A stretch of DNA of 64,000 bases, taken from positions 672,001 to 736,000 of the forward strand of contig CAVYYI010000003.1 in the NCBI GenBank assembly GCA_963772725.1. Reading direction: 5' to 3'. Positions 58,008 to 64,000 of the stretch are shown here, piece after piece. A program made the position numbers and the translations under genes. Below the pieces are notes generated by a model, which was given only the letters and a program-made list of their open reading frames with translations, made no database searches and was not told the origin of the DNA. This stretch comes from an uncultured Phycisphaerales bacterium. GTDB lineage: Bacteria; Planctomycetota; Phycisphaerae; Sedimentisphaerales; Anaerobacaceae. How positions within the stretch are numbered: position 1 is the stretch's first letter; each line of letters starts with the position of its first letter.

Positions 58008-60206
58008 TCAGGGACAATTCATATCTTCCAAATATTTTGGTAAAGTCTGGTCAGTTTTTTCATATAGCAGATATGCATCTTTGGGAACATTCCCTCCATC
58101 AATCCAAAAAGATATATCGACTTTTCCTTTTTTATTCCAGGACTTATATACACCATGCAACCTTCCATTCTTATAAGGAATTTCCTGCCATAATTTGCCG
58201 TTATCGTACCAACCTCTGACTAATCCATGCTTATGACCATTCTTAATAGGCGTTTCGTATGCAAGGTGACCGCTAATCCACCATCCGCGTTCTCCGACTT
58301 TTTGACCATTTAAGTAATATTCCTTTTTCTTAGAATAATGATTTTCATGGTCGTATTTAGTCAATGGAGACCTCTGAAAAACTATGCATTTTTACAAAAC
58401 ATTAATGCAATTATCAGCGGATATGATATAATGCGTCCATTCAATAGTCAATTTTATTGCATGGAGGCAAAAATAATGGAACGCACAAGCAATCAGCCCA
58501 CATTTCTCGACAGTTTAACCTCAGACCTCGGCGGTCGTCGCACCAGCGAGTTTTTCCAAAAGTGCGACCAACTTATCCCATGGAACGAGCTTGCCGAGCC
58601 GTTAAGGGATATGTACAAGAACAATACCGACAAAGGCGGAGCTTCCAATTATCCGCTGGTAATGATGATAAAGTGCATGATGCTCCAGAAGTGGTTCAAT
58701 CTCTCCGACCCGATGCTCGAAGAGATGCTCTGTGACCGTATATCGTTCCGGCGGTTTGTCGGCCTTAAAGATGGAACAGGCTGCCCCTGATGAAACCACC
58801 TTTGTGCAGTTTCGCAAACGTCTCAATGCTACACGGCCATATTGCCACATTATTTGAAAAGACCATCGCGATACTCAAATTTCGCGGCGTTATTCTTGAA
58901 GAAGGCACCTGCGTTGATGCTACTATAATAGAGGCTCCTCGCGGCAGAACGGCCAAAGACGGCATTTCCAGCACTAAAGACAAAGCAGCGAGCTACACGA
59001 AAAAGCATGGCCGCGTGTATCACGGCTATAAAGGTCATATTGCCACAGACCGCAACGGCATGATAAAGGATTATCGTTACGATACAGCCTCGACGCACGA
59101 CAGCAGACATATCGACGAGTTTGTTGAAAATGAAAAGCACAGTGTCTGGGCTGACAGTGCGTATATGGATAAGAAACGCAAGGCCGGGCTTGAAGAACGT
59201 GGCGTTTTCTGCGGCATTATTCAAAAACGTGTTCGCGGCCAGAAAGAATTGACACAGGCACAGAAATGGCATAACCGTTTGGTTGCCGGTATCCGTGCGG
59301 TGGTGGAGCATCCTTTTGCGTGGATGAAGAACACCGGCTACATCAGGACTCGATACCGCGGCATGAGACGAAACGCGTTGGATTTTGGGTTACATGTGAT
59401 AGCGTACAATTGGAAAAGGAGCTTTAGCTTGCAGATTATTGCCGCATAACGGCAGATGTCCGCGATGAGCAGACAAAAAGGTCTACAAAAGGCATAAAAG
59501 AATCCTTTGGTAAGGCCAGAAAACAGTTTTTGCGGTGTATCGAAATAATTTTTCGAAGCACTTCAGCCAAAAATATAAGAGAATAATAAAATGTGAGGTT
59601 TTTCAGAGGTCTCAATGGTATATCTTTTTCGGACGCATTTTCTGGAATCGCATAATTAATATTGTCCGCAATTTGTTGACCGAGACTTTTAATAATTTCT
59701 TGTATCATTTTATCTTTCTGTTCATCCCATAATGTTTCTTCCCATACCGAATCAATCTCTGACCGGGTGTACAGCATCTGAAGTGATGTCTTTTCTAAAA
59801 ATAAAATATATCTGCCTCCCTGCTTATAGGTGGGTACACGATAATCCTTATTTTTCCAGCGAACTTGAAAAATCACATTGATTATTTTCCCAGCCTGCGA
59901 TTTATCAATTACCATCGCTTTATCCGGGTCTGTATCGGGAGTCCCTTTATAAATCTTGGTGATCTTGAAATTCATTATCTGATAAGCCACATGGCCCGAG
60001 CCTTTAAATTCTACTAAATTTTGTGTATAACCCTCTTTTGTATAGCCGTCACGTACTGCTAAATTTTGTGGCTCACCCGCTACAATTAAACTGGATTCTT
60101 TACACAAATATTCAAGTGATGGTTGTAAAGGCATTTCAGCATAAACAGCCAAATTCATCAAGAGAAATGAAATTACTAAAAAATTAATATAAGAAACTCG
60201 TTTCAT
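58008..60206 (-). pseudogene. Secreted protein with C-terminal MORN-variant (YwqK-like) repeats, interrupted by IS5
   Basis: Removing the IS and one AATG copy restores the in-frame sequence ...EKDIP-L-TKYDHENH...KNGHKHG..WYDNG..YKNGRLHG. Confidence 0.8.
58367..59613 (+). mobile_element. IS5-family element, transposase 58476-59449 (frameshift near 58780)
   Basis: IRs GAGACCTCTGAAAAAC / GTTTTTCAGAGGTCTC; TSD AATG at 58363-58366 and 59614-59617; VDATII, GYKGH, ADSAY, RAVVEHPF motifs. Confidence 0.95.
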
Positions 60207-60527
60207 AATTCTATTCTCCTACTATAGATTATTTTATTTACCATTTACTATTACCACACATTCAGATATATCCAATTTTACTGTGAATGGAACCTTGCTG
60301 TATGCTCCTCCCCACCGTAAATCTTTTGCTGCATCCGGATATAAAACTAGGCAACAACACACAAACGATAATGAATTTATTTTCCCACATCTCGTCCATA
60401 CTCCTTATAAATATTTCCCGCTAAAGACCTTACCATAAGTTTACCCCCGCGGATTCGCGTTGTCCAGCGGTTAGTTTGCCCCCCTGCATAAAGCCGAGGG
60501 CTTCGGGAATAATTGTGTTTATTCGTG

Positions 60528-61590
60528 TTAATTCGTGGTTAAATATTTTACCATCAAACCCTGTTTGGCGTTTATCGTCGAAGATGGTATCGCAGACAGA
60601 TTGAGTAGTTCCAGTGCCAAATTGGCGCCGTCGCCGTTGCGAATCGGCTGTTTGGCAACCTTATAATCAGGCCTGCCGGTCCACGGGTCCATGCGCGACG
60701 CCCAATTAAGTGTGTAAAGGTCTTTGCCCGCCGAGACGCCCGTTCCCCAGACGAAAAACGGTATCGTATAATCGCACGGGTCTTTGGCGTCGGAATGGCC
60801 TTTTCCTTTTCCGCCGTGGTCAGCGGTAAGAATTATGACCGTGTTATTTTTCAGCTTCGGGTCGGTAGTTACAAAATTAAAGATAGTTCCAAGGCAGCCG
60901 TCCACAGTCTCAATTGCATTGCAGTAAGCTGCCCCTCCCCAGCCGTGCGCATGACCTGCCGCGTCGCCATCGCCAAAATGAATAAAAGCGTAATTAAAAG
61001 GCTCACTTTTCATATCCGCCACAAATTTTTCCGTTACCGCCGTCGAACTTTCCGTGCAGAAATAGGTATCGATTTTGCATTTGCCGTTGTCTGCCCCGAC
61101 ATTATCTGCCGCACCATTTGTCCAGTTGTACGACGTATCGAACAGCGAAAACTTCTCCTTTGTGGCGTACATCGCCGTTCGCAGGCCGTTATCATGCGCA
61201 ACATCGAACACGCTGGCCACATACTCGCCTTTTTTGCGATGAATGGTATCGTTTTTTGAAGGCTCGCCGTTGCTTGTCCAGTTATGCCCCAAAGCGCCCT
61301 TTTACTCCGCGGGCGGTAATCATCGTTGTGTGATTAGGCAGTGTCACCGTAATATCGTAATCGGTGCGGGCGTTCAGAGTCGATGCCCCTTCAACTTTGA
61401 GCCGCTTGAAATTTGGAACCTCATTATTATCAAGCATCTTCGCGAGATAACACGACCCCAGACCGTCAATGCTTATCTGGATAACATATTTTGCCGACGC
61501 GCCGGCGAAACCGGCAGAGCATATCAAAACAATCGCCGCGGCCAATATTATCCGCTTCACTTGCTCATTAAACATATTCACTCTCATCAA
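60528..61590 (-). CDS. Alkaline phosphatase/nucleotide pyrophosphatase superfamily protein; frameshift near 61295
   Basis: ISIDGL, TVTLPNH, DAAGHAHGW, ILTADHGG motifs. Confidence 0.85.
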
Positions 61591-61632
61591 TCACCATCTT
61601 TCCTTATTCTGAGTTCTGTGTTCTGTTTTACT

Positions 61633-61682
61633 ATTCTTCGATTTTCTCTATTCGCTTGGCGTGTCTGCCGCCATCGAAAGGC
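61633..61682 (-). repeat. 50-bp duplicate of the rpiB 3' end (second copy 62917-62966)
   Basis: Both copies encode PFDGGRHAKRI(E/Q)KIEE followed by a stop; two mismatches. Confidence 0.9.
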
Positions 61683-61966
61683 ATCATTTTTTGTGAGATG
61701 GTATCTTTAAACGAAGAAATTTATAGCAAAGGCCAGTGAAGCTATTATGTGCAAACTTTCAGTATTTTTAAATGTTACTGTACTTTTTCTTTTCTTGGGG
61801 TTTTGCTTTTCTCTTCATCTTTAGGCGGTAATATGGAAATTCCTTTTGAAATGTCACCTAAAACATGTCGAAGATACTCAGTAGTAACAGTGCCGTCCAA
61901 CTCCCATTGTTTCTGCATTCTATGGATTTTTTGTCAATCAACAGGTTTGTTGGTTTTATCGTAAGG

Positions 61967-62775
61967 CTAAGCGTTCTCAGATTTTTGTTCATAAATAGCT
62001 CTCCTGAAATCTTTATGTATCGCCCAGCGAAACATTCTATCTGTTGATATAAATCCTATTTCTATAGGACCTCCACAGATTGGCGGGCCATATCGGAATT
62101 TAAAGGCTTTAATTGTAATATGCAAATACGTATGAATAAAATCTATTGCTTCTCTTATAGGCAAATCAGTGAAACCAGCCGCAAGCAGTGGTGAGACTGC
62201 CATGCTAAAAACCTCGTTGAAAGCCTTTTCAATATCTGAATTTTCCGTAAGCAATTTTCTTTTTTTAAGTTCTGAAAATAGAATTTCAGGGAGTTTTGGA
62301 TCATAACCATGAAAAACTCTGCTGAAAAACTCAGGACAACCGGCGAATTGTGCCTGTCCGACTTCAAGTTTAACTATCTGTTTTGTATTACCATTGAAGA
62401 TGAGTTCGTAGCATTCAGGTAAATGTGTAACTGGGCTCCAGCCACCAAGAAAATATCCTACAAATCCTGTATTCCGGCCATCTTTGTATTCGTTTAAGAC
62501 TAACTTCTGAAAAGTGTTTGCGGCAGCCTCAACCGTTACTGTTTTTATATCAATTTGGTCTGCAAGTCTGGCGAAAGAGTACGATGACTAATTCTATTTA
62601 TACTTCCAGCACCCCATGTACATATGGCTAACCTGGAATGTTCTCCTACTTCAAATGTTTTTTGAGCATAATTGAATAATTGATTTACACTTTGAGGTGG
62701 AACGATAATAGTTGTGGTACTATCAGTACCAAATACCACACCCTCAGAGGTAAGATAAGCTGCGGCTATTGTCAT
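61967..62775 (-). CDS. AT-rich Ntn-hydrolase/proteasome-beta-like protein; frameshifts
   Basis: N-terminal MTIAAAY...VVFGTDS; C-terminal AIDF...ICGGPIEIGFI. Confidence 0.55.
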
Positions 62776-62914
62776 TAAGAAAACGCCCTTTTTATTTATT
62801 GCGATTGTAAACCTTAATCAGAAACCGATCATTATAAAAGCAATGACAGTGCAATATTATAATACTTTTTAAGTATAAGTCAAACATTTTCGCTGGAAAA
62901 TCGGCAATCAAAAA

Positions 62915-63344
62915 TCATTCTTCGATTTTTTGTATTCGCTTGGCGTGTCTGCCGCCATCGAAAGGCGTATTAAGCCAAAGCTCGACAATCTCCATCGCCT
63001 CTGAAATCGCCATCATCCTCTCGCCGAGCGAAAGCACGTTCGCGTCGTTGTGCTGCCTGCTTAACCTTGCCGAGCGCAAATCCCAGCACAAACGCGCAGC
63101 GGACGCCCTTTACCTTGTTGGCGACCATCGCCTCGCCGTTGCCCGAACCGCCCAGCACAATTCCGCGTTCAAATTCCCCCGCCGCCACCGCCTTTGCCAC
63201 CGGCCTGATAAAATCCGGATAATCACACGAATCCGTCGAATACGTCCCGAAGTCTTTCACATCGTGACCTTCCTCGACGAGGAACTCCCTGACTGCCTCC
63301 TTATATAAAAACCCCGCATGGTCCGAACCTATCGCTATCTTCAT
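62915..63344 (-). CDS. rpiB: Ribose-5-phosphate isomerase B; frameshift near 63090
   Basis: IAIGSDHAG, DYPDF, GGSGNGEAMVANKVKGVR; the alternate frame gives HNDANVL and FDGGRHAKRI. Confidence 0.92.
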
Positions 63345-63738
63345 AACTTAACCCCTTTCACCGTCAATTCATCTTTCGATTTTTTCCAAAATCTAAACCC
63401 CAAAATTTATCTGTGTTTATTCGTGGTTAATTTTTTTATTCTTCCTCATTTTACTGAATATGCGAAAAATATCAAAAAAATTGTCCTGATAAATTTGCCT
63501 TTTCTTTTTTATAGCTTATACTTTAATTAGAAAGCTGTGGTGAAAAAAAATTAGGGTTTGGCTTTGGAGGATGTGAGCTGAAAAAAATTGAATATCGCAC
63601 AGTCGTTGTTGTGCAAGAGAGACGAGCCTGACAAAAAGTTTTAAAAATCAGAGGCTTCGTCTCTCTTTTTTCCCGCGCATAAAAACAATAACACCCCTTA
63701 CTCTTTATTAGCAATAAAAATGAACCCCCTACCCGCTA

Positions 63739-63933
63739 TTACCTTGTGCTGTAATAGTAATTCTCTTCTTCAAAGACCGGTTCCTGCCTGAGCATATCCA
63801 TTCTCTCACGGCACAAAACTTTGCCGGTAATTTTTGCGTATTTACCAGCTTTGGTTCTTTTCAGAAAAGTCAATAAAACCTTTTCCTGTTTTATTCTTTT
63901 AGTCTGGGTTTTTATCATTGGTTTCTTTGCCAT
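63739..63933 (-). CDS. Small basic hypothetical protein
   Basis: 64-aa ORF, AT-rich; no recognisable motif. Confidence 0.35.
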   Translation of the reverse strand: MAKKPMIKTQTKRIKQEKVLLTFLKRTKAGKYAKITGKVLCRERMDMLRQEPVFEEENYYYSTR

Positions 63934-64000
63934 TAAGCTTCTTTTAATATCTCATCAAGATGCTTATATATTCTATCTCGAGCTCCTAGTGAAGAAAACT

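Larger units (their letters stand above)
7206..63430. repeat. Dispersed 9-bp-period REP-like family (CCACGAATNNACACGAAT / CACAGATT variants), often in inverted pairs
   Basis: Copies near 7206, 8415, 12590/12650, 13345/13420/13451, 14961/15021, 18421, 21023, 24368, 60514, 63410. Confidence 0.85.

Noticed and set aside
1..64000. Widespread pseudogenisation or programmed frameshifting
   Set aside because: Single-base frameshifts hit housekeeping, IS and phage genes alike without accumulated stop codons. This fits uncorrected sequencing indels better, but needs read polishing to confirm

Overview
This is a 64-kb bacterial chromosomal window. Three PEP-CTERM genes, a large GH29-rich secreted glycosidase locus and several REP-like repeat families suggest a planctomycete (Phycisphaerae-like); the taxonomy is inference only. 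Many ORFs carry isolated single-base frameshifts, most likely assembly errors. The window holds housekeeping genes (HU-like, DegT-family aminotransferase, MBL hydrolase, RRM protein, AI-2E transporter, MltA, PPi-type phosphofructokinase, rpiB), four IS elements with readable IRs and TSDs, and a ~20-kb fucosidase/rhamnosidase locus built from reused modules. Two things stand out. (1) A dispersed, apparently domesticated phage head/packaging set. A portal-scaffold-major capsid-adaptor-collar-membrane protein-lipoprotein-SF3 helicase/ori cluster lies at 10.9-20 kb, interleaved with host REP repeats, and an intact terminase large subunit sits ~36 kb away. No integrase, tail tube or tape measure is recognisable in the window, so it is a candidate GTA-like system. 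(2) Recurrent integrase-free cargo cassettes, mostly AT-rich, each bracketed by a duplicated piece of host sequence: the 3' ends of terL, rpiB and a GH29 gene, and the DegT promoter. A related set of orphan cassettes is bounded by TGTCCC motifs, shared promoter modules and GTAG-type REPs.
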